DNA from: Spirochaetia bacterium
GTDB lineage: Bacteria > Spirochaetota > Spirochaetia > DSM-2461
DNA: 64,000 nucleotides
Assembly: GCA_963668315.1 (NCBI GenBank)
Contig: OY764216.1
Location: forward strand, 3,136,001-3,200,000
Direction of reading: 5' to 3'
The position numbers and the translations under genes are program-made. Below, piece by piece: positions 10,494-20,215 of this stretch. Under the pieces are notes generated by a model. That model was not told the origin of the DNA, searched no databases, and was given only the letters and a program-made list of their open reading frames with translations. The first letter of the stretch is position 1. Each line of letters begins with the position of its first letter.

Positions 10494-11669
10494 ATGTCAG
10501 AGCAATTCTCAAGAAGAAAAAAAGAAGAAAAACCTGTTATAGCGATTTGCTATGATTTTGATAAAACACTTTCTCCAGACGATATGCAGGCTCAAGGATT
10601 TATACAGTCGGTAGGATATGATATTAAAACTTTTTGGGAGAGATCAAATAAGCTTGCTACTGATAATGAAATGGACCAAAATCTTGCATATATGTATACA
10701 ATGCTTCAAACATCAGTAGGAATGCAGTCTGTAACAAAAAAAGTGTTAAGAGAATATGGTGAAAAAGTGACACTTTTTCCTGGTGTAGAAGATTGGTTTT
10801 CAAGAATAAGAGATTATGGCATTGAACGCGATGTTATAATTGAACATTATATCATTTCTTCTGGTTTAAAAGAAATGATTGAAGGAACATCGGTTGCAAA
10901 AGAATTTGAGAAAATATATGCAAGTTCTTTTTATTTCGATGAATATGATATTGCGAAGTGGCCCGCACAAGCTATAAATTATACAAATAAAACTCAGTTT
11001 TTATTCAGAATTGAAAAGGGAGTTTTGGACATTAATGACCAAGGTGTAAATGATAGCTTCTCATCTAATAAAATTAGAGTGCCATTCAGAAATATAATAT
11101 ATATTGGTGATAGTGATACTGATATTCCGTGTATGAAATTAGTTAATTCTTATGGAGGTCATTCGATAGGTGTATATAATGTTGAAACGAAGGATAAAAC
11201 TAAAGTATACAAAATGATGAGGGAAAATAGAATTAAATATTTCTCGCCATCTGATTATTCTGAAGATTCAGAACTGGACAAATTAATAAAAGCAATAATT
11301 GTAAGAACTGTTTCCAATGAACAACTTGAAGTCTTACATTCAGAAAATATTTTAGAACAAATTGCTAATGATAAATCACAAAATGAAGAGACTCAAGAAC
11401 AAAATAAAGAAAGGTTAAATGGTATTTTAGCACTTGAAAGCAGTCTTAGTTTTACTAATACTCATACCGTTATTGATAAAATTAAACATATTCAAGATTG
11501 GACAGATAAAGAAATAGAAATGTTGTTAGAAATAGGAAATGAAAATAGTCAAGTATGTTATATTTTAGGGGATTTAGACGTAAGAAATTTTTATAAACGA
11601 CTTATAGAATCTCCAAATTGTAATAAAGAGACGAATAATGCAAAAAAAATTATGGAACAGATAGATTAA
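10494..11669 (+). CDS. HAD-family hydrolase
   Basis: CYDFDKTLS (motif I), IISSG (II), K (III), YIGDSDTD (IV). Confidence 0.85.
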   Translation: MSEQFSRRKKEEKPVIAICYDFDKTLSPDDMQAQGFIQSVGYDIKTFWERSNKLATDNEMDQNLAYMYTMLQTSVGMQSVTKKVLREYGEKVTLFPGVEDWFSRIRDYGIERDVIIEHYIISSGLKEMIEGTSVAKEFEKIYASSFYFDEYDIAKWPAQAINYTNKTQFLFRIEKGVLDINDQGVNDSFSSNKIRVPFRNIIYIGDSDTDIPCMKLVNSYGGHSIGVYNVETKDKTKVYKMMRENRIKYFSPSDYSEDSELDKLIKAIIVRTVSNEQLEVLHSENILEQIANDKSQNEETQEQNKERLNGILALESSLSFTNTHTVIDKIKHIQDWTDKEIEMLLEIGNENSQVCYILGDLDVRNFYKRLIESPNCNKETNNAKKIMEQID

Positions 11670-11766
11670 CCTAATATTTAAACATAATTTTAATATCTGA
11701 AAAATGAGCAAGAAATTTATGAAAATCCAGACTTTAACGGCGTCGTTTTGTCTTGTAAGGAATGAC

Positions 11767-11872
11767 ATTTAACAAAGTTTTGCAGCAGTCAATTTTTTTG
11801 TCACTGTTTTTGAATACTCAAAAACATCGCCAACCCTTCGGGACAAAATTGCAGCTGAAAACGGCGTTCTGT
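11767..11872 (+). repeat. attC site 5
   Basis: ATTTAAC AAA GTTTTGCAGC ... GCTGAAAAC GGC GTTCTGT. Confidence 0.88.
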
Positions 11873-11879
11873 TGACTAA

Positions 11880-13190
11880 GGTATGAGCCGTATACATCGT
11901 GAACAAATATCAGAGTAAATAAATTACAATTTTGGGTATGAATGTTTTATATTAGGAGAACAGACATGCCTTTGATGGAGAAGACGATTATGGATCAGAA
12001 GAAGGAATTTATCCTGCTCTGGAGTTCCAAGCGTTATACGTTCACCGGCCTGTGTCAGGACTTCAAGATCAGTCGAACAACCGGTTACAAGTATGTAAAA
12101 AGGTTTCAGACATCAGGAATGGAGGGACTAGAGCCTCAATCTCGCGCTCCCCACCATTCCCCGAACAAAGTACCAGAAGAGATTGTTAAAAGGATTATTG
12201 AGATCAGGAAGGAGCATTCCTCGTGGGGAGCGAAGAAGATTCGCTGGCGTTTGGACCAAGATGGAATTTATAATCGGATTCCCGCTCAATCAACCATTTC
12301 CATTATCCTTAAGCGAAATAATCTTATTCCGGAGAGAAAGCGTCATGTACGTGTAGAGAGGCGCTATCCTAAGTTTATAGCCAATGATTGTAATGAAATC
12401 TGGAGTGCTGATTACAAGGGAGAATTCAAAACCAAGGATAATAAATATTGCTACCCTTTGACTATCTGCGATACCTTCAGTCGCTACATCATTAAGATAA
12501 AAGGCCTCTCCCGGCCCAATTATGAGCAGTCTCAGCCAGTTTTTGAAACTGTCTTTAAAGAATATGGACTCCCTGAACAGTTGCATACCGACAATGGTTC
12601 CCCCTTTGCCAACGTCCGTGCCCTGGGGCGTTATACGCAATTCTCAGTCTGGCTGATGGAATTAGGAATCCTTCCCGTGTTCAGTGATCCTGCTTCCCCG
12701 CAGCAAAATGGAAAACATGAAAGGATGCACCGGATATTGAAAGCAGAAGCCTGTAAAGAGCCCGGAATCAGTCTTCGAAGTCAGCAGATAAAGTTTAACA
12801 AGTTTGCCAGGGAATACAATACAGAGCGACCTCATGAGTCTCTGGGGATGGTAACGCCTTCTTCAGTTTATGCGAGGTCCAAACGTCCTTATCCTAAGAA
12901 AATAGAGCCTTGGGTCTATCCTGCAGAGTATAAAGTAAGGAATATCTGCAAGAATGGAATTATTAGGGTAGGTAAGGATGACCGTATCTTTGTGGGTACA
13001 GCTTTCAAGGAAAAACAACTTGGTTTTGAAGATATTGGAGAAGGGATTTACAGGGTTTGGTTTAGAGAATTTCTGCTTGGCTATTTAAATGAACATGAGC
13101 TCAAAATCTATGATATACTAGAATATGATTACATCAAAAGGGTGTAAGTGAAGTGGGTAGATATTTGAACACTATGTGATGTTCAATACA
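11880..13190 (+). mobile_element. IS481-family element (type B), copy 1 (1311 bp)
   Basis: Ends GGTATGAGCC.. / ..GTTCAATACA; 3-bp TSD TAA, confirmed by empty site near 16230. Confidence 0.92.
11966..13147 (+). CDS. IS481 transposase
   Basis: HTH (ISRTTGYKY), WSADYKG, DNGSPF, QQNGKHERMHR; AGGAG RBS before 11966. Confidence 0.92.
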   Translation: MPLMEKTIMDQKKEFILLWSSKRYTFTGLCQDFKISRTTGYKYVKRFQTSGMEGLEPQSRAPHHSPNKVPEEIVKRIIEIRKEHSSWGAKKIRWRLDQDGIYNRIPAQSTISIILKRNNLIPERKRHVRVERRYPKFIANDCNEIWSADYKGEFKTKDNKYCYPLTICDTFSRYIIKIKGLSRPNYEQSQPVFETVFKEYGLPEQLHTDNGSPFANVRALGRYTQFSVWLMELGILPVFSDPASPQQNGKHERMHRILKAEACKEPGISLRSQQIKFNKFAREYNTERPHESLGMVTPSSVYARSKRPYPKKIEPWVYPAEYKVRNICKNGIIRVGKDDRIFVGTAFKEKQLGFEDIGEGIYRVWFREFLLGYLNEHELKIYDILEYDYIKRV

Positions 13191-13356
13191 TAAAGATTGT
13201 CGCGTTGTGTTTAAAACCCTTGAAATGACGAAAAGTACGGTATTTTCTGTTTGCCCCAGCGGAAGCAAAATATGCTGAGCCCACAGGGTAAACCAGTACT
13301 TTAAATATTTAAGTTGGAATTCCCGATTCATGATAATATGAAAAGGGAGAAAATCA

Positions 13357-13659
13357 ATGAAGAGAAAATTCGATGAAGAGTTCAAAGCGAAAGTAGCACT
13401 GGAAGCGTTAAAGGAAGAAAAAACTCTTCAGGAACTGGCTGAGGAATATGAAGTACATCCGAACCAGATCAGTATGTGGAAAAAACAGCTTATGGAAAAT
13501 GCCAGTTCCCTCTTTGTCCGAAAGAATAAAAAAGACAAAGAACTGGAAGAAATGAAGAAAAAAGAGCAGGAACTTTTCAAGCAGCTGGGTGAAGCTAATT
13601 ATGTGAACGAATTTCTAAAAAAAAAGTACAAACAACTATACGGGAAGGATTACAAATGA
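13357..13659 (+). CDS. IS3 transposase OrfA
   Basis: Identical protein to 8153-8455; A9G slippery site at 13617-13626. Confidence 0.92.
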   Translation: MKRKFDEEFKAKVALEALKEEKTLQELAEEYEVHPNQISMWKKQLMENASSLFVRKNKKDKELEEMKKKEQELFKQLGEANYVNEFLKKKYKQLYGKDYK

Positions 13660-14489
13660 TAGAGCCGGATCATAGGAAATTGTCTGTCCGGAAGCAATGT
13701 AAAATTCTCAATGTCAGCAGGACGGCTTATTACTATGATCCCAAACCGGAAGATCGGAAAGATATAGAAGAGAAGATTCGCCTTAAAGAACTTTTCATTC
13801 AGATCCCATTCTATGGTTATCGAAAAATGGCTGAGGAATTGAATTCAGAAGGCTATAATACAAGCAGAAAGCGAGTTCGCCGTCTTATGAGAGAATTAGG
13901 CTTACGGGCTATTTCTCCCAGAAAATTTACCTCTATCCCCAATAAGCAGAATCCCATCTATCCTTATCTTTTAAAGGGAAAAAGAATCCGCTATCCCAAT
14001 CAGGTTTGGGCCACTGATATCACCTATCTTAAAATGGATAAGGGATTTGCCTACCTTGTAGCCATAATGGACGTCTGGAGCCGTAAGGTATTAACCTGGA
14101 AGATCTCTACTACTTTGGATTCTGAGTTCTGTATCGCCGCCGTAAAGGAAGCTATGGATAAATATGGAACGCCGGCGATCTTTAATACGGATCAGGGGTG
14201 TCAATTTACTTCATATGCTTTTTTGAAACCGCTCCAGGAAGCGGGAGTCAGAATCAGTATGGATGGTCAGGGAAGCTGGCGTGACAACATCTATGTGGAA
14301 CGTCTTTGGCGTAGTTTAAAATACGAGGATATCTATCTCCGATCCTATGAGAATGTCCGGGAGTTGAAGAAAGGGATACAGAAATACTTTCGCTTCTACA
14401 ACGGGAAAAGATTTCATCAGGGGCTTGGTTATTTAACTCCTGATGATGTTTATGAGTCCTTCCAGATTGGGAAGGATCAGGCAGCTTGA
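13656..14489 (+). CDS. IS3 transposase OrfB
   Basis: Identical protein to 7323-8156. Confidence 0.93.
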   Translation: MIEPDHRKLSVRKQCKILNVSRTAYYYDPKPEDRKDIEEKIRLKELFIQIPFYGYRKMAEELNSEGYNTSRKRVRRLMRELGLRAISPRKFTSIPNKQNPIYPYLLKGKRIRYPNQVWATDITYLKMDKGFAYLVAIMDVWSRKVLTWKISTTLDSEFCIAAVKEAMDKYGTPAIFNTDQGCQFTSYAFLKPLQEAGVRISMDGQGSWRDNIYVERLWRSLKYEDIYLRSYENVRELKKGIQKYFRFYNGKRFHQGLGYLTPDDVYESFQIGKDQAA

Positions 14490-14793
14490 TATCGGAGGAT
14501 TCCACTTATTAATTTTGAAAAAGTGGTTTGACACGAGGGCTCATCATAAAAATATAGGGTAGAACCCCAGTGGGAGAAGGGCTCTGGAGAGAACCTCCGG
14601 TGGAAGATTATGCGTTGGGGAAAAGATCTGAAGATTTATCATTTATGGATTTATTCAATGACCGTTAAGCGGGTAGGGTAAAAAATCCAGGTATTATGTT
14701 GAAAACAGTATAATTCTATTAAAAACGGGTTTATCATTGAAACAAGAATTTAGATGGGCAACAGAACAAGCTTTTGAAACTGACAAATCTTTT

Positions 14794-16141
14794 GATAGTG
14801 TCCAGACATGTTCGCAACTTTCCTTTCAAGAAGCCATCAAAATTCCCCATCAGGCAGCCTGACCTAATTTAATTCTTTGTTCATCTATCGATTTTTCACT
14901 GATATACCGTTTTCCCGAAGCCCAGTCTTCTGAGTATTCAATCAGGTAACAACAGACTAGTCTAAGGTAGGAGTCAATACTGGGAAAGATTCCCACAACA
15001 CGAGATCGTCTACGGATTTCCCGATTCAATCGTTCCAGTTGATTGGTAGAAGCAGTTTTCCGGCTGTCTATTTCTGAGAATTCATAATACTGAAGAGAGT
15101 CTTCTAATCCGTCTTCAAGACAAGTCATGGACTTCGGAAATTGTTCTTCAAATTCCTCTATAATTCGGTATGCATATTCACGGGCCGATTGGGAGTTCGG
15201 TTGATTCCAAATCTGCTTAATTCTGCCGGCAACAGCTTCTTTATCCCTGGCAGGAAGATGGGACAGGATGTTCCTCATAAAATGAATTTTACAGCGTTGC
15301 CAGGAGCAACCGATGAGTTCCTTTCTTATGGCGGCTTGAAGTCCCAGATGGGCATCAGAGACACAGAGCCAGGCATTTTTAAATCCTCTTGCTTTAAGAG
15401 ACCTGAACAGTTCGGTATAAGTGCTTTCTGATTCTTCCTGCATTGGTTCAACAGCAAGGATTTCTTTGAATCCTTGTGAATTAACACCAGATACAACCAT
15501 CACAGCCATATTTCTCACTCTTCCGTTATACCGGATCTTTTCATAGAGGGCATCAACCCAGATGACAGGATATTCTGAATCAAGAGATCGATAGCGGAAT
15601 TCATCTACCTGTTCATCAAGTCCCTTATTGATTTCAGAGACCTGGCTGGCTGAAATATTTTCAATGCCCAGACTCATAGCCAATTTCTCAATCTTTCTGG
15701 TTGAAACACCGTTGATAAATGCTTCCTGGACAACCTGAATCAGAGCTTGCTCGGATCTCTTCTTTTCTGTTACAAAGAAGGGAATATATCCGCCTTTTCT
15801 GAGCTTGGGGACAAGGAGATACAGTGTTCCAAGACGAGTATCAAATCGGCGTGGTCGATATCCAGAAAAATGGGTGGATCTTCCCGTAGAATGAGACCCC
15901 TTTTGAGCTCCTACTTTATTCGCCGCTTCTATTTCCATAAGCTTTTCCAGTAGCCATTTCAATAAGCTGAAAATGGGATCCGGTTCCGAAATGAATTGGA
16001 GTAGCATTTTTTCCAGATTACCATTATCATTTTCCTTAGCCATCGTTTTCTTCCTCCATGGTTTTAGTTGTGCATTACCATTCTGGAGAATTCGATGGCT
16101 TCTTTCAATAATTAAAATTGCGAACTTGATTGTACGCTATC
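14794..16141 (-). mobile_element. IS256-family element (type A), copy 1 (1348 bp)
   Basis: Ends GATAGTGTCCA.. / ..TGTACGCTATC; 8-bp TSD AATCTTTT. Confidence 0.93.
14850..16043 (-). CDS. IS256 transposase
   Basis: GVSTRKI, VDALYEK, VSDAHLGL, WQRCKIHFMRN, TNQLERLNREIRRR. Confidence 0.95.
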   Translation of the reverse strand: MAKENDNGNLEKMLLQFISEPDPIFSLLKWLLEKLMEIEAANKVGAQKGSHSTGRSTHFSGYRPRRFDTRLGTLYLLVPKLRKGGYIPFFVTEKKRSEQALIQVVQEAFINGVSTRKIEKLAMSLGIENISASQVSEINKGLDEQVDEFRYRSLDSEYPVIWVDALYEKIRYNGRVRNMAVMVVSGVNSQGFKEILAVEPMQEESESTYTELFRSLKARGFKNAWLCVSDAHLGLQAAIRKELIGCSWQRCKIHFMRNILSHLPARDKEAVAGRIKQIWNQPNSQSAREYAYRIIEEFEEQFPKSMTCLEDGLEDSLQYYEFSEIDSRKTASTNQLERLNREIRRRSRVVGIFPSIDSYLRLVCCYLIEYSEDWASGKRYISEKSIDEQRIKLGQAA

Positions 16142-16219
16142 AATCTTTTTGTCATGCAAAATGCGGTTCGCATTTTTCACGCCAAACCCTTCGGGACAGA
16201 TTTGCAGCTTAAAAGGGCG

Positions 16220-16622
16220 TTCTGTTGACTAAAGATTTTCGCGTTGTGTTTAAGACCCTTGAAATAACAAAAAGTACGGTATTTTCTGTTTGCCCCAGCG
16301 GAAGCAAAAATTTAGGGTAGAACCCCAGTGGTAGAAGAACTCTGTAGAGAACCTCCGGTGGAAGATTATGCGTTGGGGAAAAGACCTGGAGATTTATCAT
16401 ATATGGATTTATTCAATGACCGTTAAGCGGGTAGAGTAAAAAAATCCAGGTATTATGTTGAAAACAGTATAATTCTATTAAAAACGGGTTTATCATTGAA
16501 ACAAGAATTTAGATGGGCAACAGAACAAGCTTTTGAAACTGCCAAATCTTTTTGTCATGTAAAATGCGGTTCGCATTTTTCACGCCAAACCCTTCGGGAC
16601 AGATTTGCAGCTTAAAAGGGCG
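16220..16622 (+). other. ORF-less cassette copy 2 (403 bp, intact)
   Basis: GTTCTGTTG..CAACAGAAC ends; no + strand ORF in the track; three 30-bp-period repeat units at 16292, 16322, 16352. Confidence 0.85.
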
Positions 16623-16628
16623 TTATAG
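16520..16628 (+). repeat. attC site 7
   Basis: ACAGAAC AAG CTTTTGAAACTG ... CAGCTTAAAAG GGC GTTATAG. Confidence 0.88.
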
Positions 16629-16724
16629 TGACAAAACCAAGAAATTTAACATATTTACAAATAATATAGAGAAAAATAACACATAGAAATTGATTAAATG
16701 TAATACTATAGTTATACTTTAGAT

Positions 16725-16967
16725 ATGAAAACTGCAATATCAATTCCAGATCAATTATTCAATGATGCTGAAGTAACTGCAAAACAGTTAGGTCTAGCTA
16801 GAAGTCAACTCTATGTAAAAGCCATAAAAGAATATATTGAACATCATAACAAAGATAAAATTACCGAGAAATTGAATGAACTTTATTCAATACAGGTGAA
16901 TGATAATGAAATCTTAGATATTGGTGTTGAACAATTAAGAAAGGCTACAGAAAATGATACGTGGTGA
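16725..16967 (+). CDS. RHH antitoxin, copy 2
   Basis: Identical protein to 6378-6620. Confidence 0.85.
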   Translation: MKTAISIPDQLFNDAEVTAKQLGLARSQLYVKAIKEYIEHHNKDKITEKLNELYSIQVNDNEILDIGVEQLRKATENDTW

Positions 16968-17295
16968 AATATGGTGGGTTGATTTAGGAATTCCATTTGG
17001 AAGTGAACCTGGTTACAAAAGACCTGTTTTGATAATACAAGATGATTCTTTTAACAAAAGCAAAATACAAACTGTAATTGTTGCCTCGATAACATCAAAT
17101 ATAAATTTAGCTGATGCTCCAGGCAATATTTATTTAGAAAAAGGGGAATCAAAATTATCAAAAGATAGTGTAATAAACATTTCACAAATAACAACATTGG
17201 ATAGACAACGATTATTAGAGAAAGTTTCCATACTTTCACAAACGACAATGAATGAAGTTGATTATGGTTTAAGGCTTATTTTCAATTTACAATAA
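16954..17295 (+). CDS. mazF: PemK/MazF toxin, copy 2
   Basis: One amino-acid difference from copy 1 (LEKGE vs LEKEE). Confidence 0.92.
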   Translation: MIRGEIWWVDLGIPFGSEPGYKRPVLIIQDDSFNKSKIQTVIVASITSNINLADAPGNIYLEKGESKLSKDSVINISQITTLDRQRLLEKVSILSQTTMNEVDYGLRLIFNLQ

Positions 17296-17423
17296 GAAAT
17301 AAGAAATAAGAAATAAGAAATAAGAAATAAGAAATAAGAAATAAGAAATAAGAAATAAGAAATAAGAAATAAGAAATAAGAAATAAGAAATAAGAAATAA
17401 GAAATAAGAAATAAGAAATAAGA
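17291..17423 (+). repeat. Perfect tandem repeat (AATAAGA)x19
   Basis: 133 bp = 19 units. Confidence 0.95.
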
Positions 17424-17510
17424 AAATTTCCGCCAGAATTTGAGAAAAGCAATAAATAAGAATTAATTCTCTTTCTATAAAGAATAACCCATTGTAAAAT
17501 AAAGAGAGCA

Positions 17511-17609
17511 CTATAACAAACATTTGAACTTGATTCGCCTACTGTCATGCTTTTTGCTTTCGCAAAAACCACGCCAGCTGACGGCTCACAAGTTAAATGG
17601 ACGTTCTGT
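17511..17609 (+). repeat. attC site 8
   Basis: CTATAAC AAA CATTTGAACTTG ... CAAGTTAAATG GAC GTTCTGT. Confidence 0.88.
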
Positions 17610-17676
17610 AGATTAAGAGTGTGGTTCATTATTAAGCCATGTAAATTTCGATTTTTGAAATGCATTCTATTTTCTG

Positions 17677-17924
17677 CCTCCGGATGGGAGAATCGTTTTG
17701 GGCTATAAACTCCAGTGGGAGAAAGGCGTTGGAGAATTCTAATATAACCTCCGGTGGGAGATTAGCGTTGGAGTTTTCTCCATTGTATTCTGTGCCGTCT
17801 ACGCTACCTTGGGAAAAGAATAGAAATAAGGAATTTGATCCCAGGGTTGAAGTCTTGGAATAGAATCTCCGATGGAGGATTAGGCTTTGGAGTATAAGCC
17901 TCCGGCGGAAGAATAAATATGGGG
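17677..17924 (+). repeat. Degenerate ~30-33 bp repeats (CTCC..GG(G/A)AG..TGGAG) in cassette leader
   Basis: Units start at ~17677, 17709, 17748, 17866, 17899; same motif as in the ORF-less cassettes. Confidence 0.7.
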
Positions 17925-18239
17925 CATGAAGGTGTTATATTGAAAAAATATAATCAATATTCTGCAGAATTTACCGACGCGTTCGAATAATAATATTTGG
18001 TATATAAAGGAGATATGAATTAGTTAATGAATCCGGATTATCAGAATTACACTTATGGGGATTTGATTGAAGTTAAGCAGTATCTTGAAAAAAATGATAG
18101 AACAGGACCATACAGATGCGTTATTAATGAAATATTCACTAGATTTCCAGAATTAAATTCAGAAACTAAGAATACAATAGATGTATATGAAGTTAATAAA
18201 ACTAATATGTCATTCATTATGAATCAATTATATAAATTT

Positions 18240-19587
18240 GATAGTGTCCAGCCATGTTCGCAACTTTCCTTTCAAGAAGCCATCAAAATTCCCCATTAGG
18301 CAGCCTGACCTAATTTAATTCTTTGTTCATCAATCGATTTCTCACTGATATACCGTTTTCCCGAAGCCCAGTCTTCTGAGTATTCAATCAGGTAACAACA
18401 GACTAGTCTAAGGTAGGAGTCAATACTGGGAAAGATTCCCACAACACGAGATCGTCTACGGATTTCCCGATTCAATCGTTCCAGTTGATTGGTAGAAGCA
18501 GTTTTCCGGCTGTCTATTTCTGAGAATTCATAATACTGAAGAGAGTCTTCTAATCCGTCTTCAAGACAAGTCATGGACTTCGGAAATTGTTCTTCAAATT
18601 CCTCTATAATTCGGTATGCATATTCACGGGCCGATTGGGAGTTCGGTTGATTCCAAATCTGCTTAATTCTGCCGGCAACAGCTTCTTTATCCCTGGCAGG
18701 AAGATGGGACAGGATGTTCCTCATAAAATGGATTTTACAGCGTTGCCAGGAGCAACCGATGAGTTCCTTTCTTATGGCGGCTTGAAGTCCCAGATGGGCA
18801 TCAGAGACACAGAGCCAGGCATTTTTAAATCCTCTTGCTTTAAGAGACCTGAACAGTTCGGTATAAGTGCTTTCTGATTCTTCCTGCATTGGTTCAACAG
18901 CAAGGATTTCTTTGAATCCTTGTGAATTAACACCAGATACAACCATCACAGCCATATTTCTCACTCTTCCGTTATACCGGATCTTTTCATAGAGGGCATC
19001 AACCCAGATGACAGGATATTCTGAATCAAGAGATCGATAGCGGAATTCATCTACCTGTTCATCAAGTCCCTTATTGATTTCAGAGACCTGGCTGGCTGAA
19101 ATATTTTCAATGCCCAGACTCATAGCCAATTTCTCAATCTTTCTGGTTGAAACACCGTTGATAAATGCTTCCTGGACAACCTGAATCAGAGCTTGCTCGG
19201 ATCTCTTCTTTTCTGTTACAAAGAAGGGAATATATCCGCCTTTTCTGAGCTTGGGGACAAGGAGATACAGTGTTCCAAGACGAGTATCAAATCGGCGTGG
19301 TCGATATCCAGAAAAATGGGTGGATCTTCCCGTAGAATGAGACCCCTTTTGAGCTCCTACTTTATTCGCCGCTTCTATTTCCATAAGCTTTTCCAGTAGC
19401 CATTTCAATAAGCTGAAAATGGGATCCGGTTCCGAAATGAATTGGAGTAGCATTTTTTCCAGATTACCATTATCATTTTCCTTAGCCATCGTTTTCTTCC
19501 TCCATGGTTTTAGTTGTGCATTACCATTCTGGAGAATTCGATGGCTTCTTTCAATAATTAAAATTGCGAACTTGATTGTACGCTATC
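18240..19587 (-). mobile_element. IS256-family element (type A), copy 2 (1348 bp)
   Basis: Same ends as copy 1; 8-bp TSD ATAAATTT. Confidence 0.93.
18296..19489 (-). CDS. IS256 transposase
   Basis: Identical protein to 14850-16043. Confidence 0.95.
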   Translation of the reverse strand: MAKENDNGNLEKMLLQFISEPDPIFSLLKWLLEKLMEIEAANKVGAQKGSHSTGRSTHFSGYRPRRFDTRLGTLYLLVPKLRKGGYIPFFVTEKKRSEQALIQVVQEAFINGVSTRKIEKLAMSLGIENISASQVSEINKGLDEQVDEFRYRSLDSEYPVIWVDALYEKIRYNGRVRNMAVMVVSGVNSQGFKEILAVEPMQEESESTYTELFRSLKARGFKNAWLCVSDAHLGLQAAIRKELIGCSWQRCKIHFMRNILSHLPARDKEAVAGRIKQIWNQPNSQSAREYAYRIIEEFEEQFPKSMTCLEDGLEDSLQYYEFSEIDSRKTASTNQLERLNREIRRRSRVVGIFPSIDSYLRLVCCYLIEYSEDWASGKRYISEKSIDEQRIKLGQAA

Positions 19588-20215
19588 ATAAATTTAATTT
19601 CTGGCTAGTATTAAGACATACTCTTTGGTTATATTTCTCTATTCTCATTGCTTTTATTTATTTATATTTAAAACAGGAGAATATATCCAGAGAATTCTTT
19701 TTCTTCTATCTAATCTTGAGTTCATTATATCCGTTATTTTGGATAGTCAGATATCTGCCTAAAAGTTTATCCTATAACTCGTCATTAAAACGATTTTATT
19801 ATAAAGATTCAGGATTGATTACAGAATTTGGGTATGACGATATTGAATATTGTGAAACAGATATAATTAAAGGATTCTCAAATAGACGATTGGCGAGATT
19901 CAGAAAAAAGGCATTAGGGCTTGCAATCGAGATTACTCTTGTTAATAAGAAAAAAATATCAGTTCCTAATACCATTTATGCAAAAGATGAAGTGTTAAAT
20001 CATCTCCTCACTGTTTGTGGATTATCTCCAAAACGAATTTAATAAATATATAATTTAAGAGAAAATAGTATTACATGAAATGAATCATGGTTTTAGTTAT
20101 TTTAAAAATAATTTCTCTAATGATTTTATAAGTTCTTTTTTACTATATTATTGAGATTGATATATTAAATTGTAAAATACGCTGTTTTCTAATAAAACGC
20201 TATATATTAAGAACT

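Larger units (their letters stand above)
13271..14548 (+). mobile_element. IS3-family element, copy 2 (1278 bp)
   Basis: Reverse complement of 7264-8541; TSD AAA. Confidence 0.93.
11867..16219 (+). other. ORF-less cassette copy 1 (402 bp after removing three nested IS)
   Basis: Pieces 11867-11879, 13191-13270, 14549-14793 and 16142-16219 reassemble into a near copy of 16220-16622. Confidence 0.85.
14761..16225 (+). repeat. attC site 6, split by IS256
   Basis: ACAGAACAAGCTTTTGAAACTG..AATCTTTT [IS256] AATCTTTTTGTCATG..GGGCGTTCTGT. Confidence 0.85.
18027..20042 (+). pseudogene. Two-TM membrane protein gene (~219 aa) interrupted by IS256
   Basis: 18027-18239 joins 19596-20042 in frame after removing the IS and one TSD (..NQLYKF|NFWLVL..); AGGAG upstream. 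Confidence 0.8.

Noticed and set aside
7264..14548. Composite transposon formed by the inverted IS3 copies
   Set aside because: Each copy has its own TSD (TCA; AAA), so they are independent insertions
17677..18239. Repeat leader plus ORF as a type III (ToxIN-like) TA system or mini-CRISPR
   Set aside because: The downstream ORF is a two-TM membrane protein, not ToxN-like; no intervening terminator; no unique spacers between units
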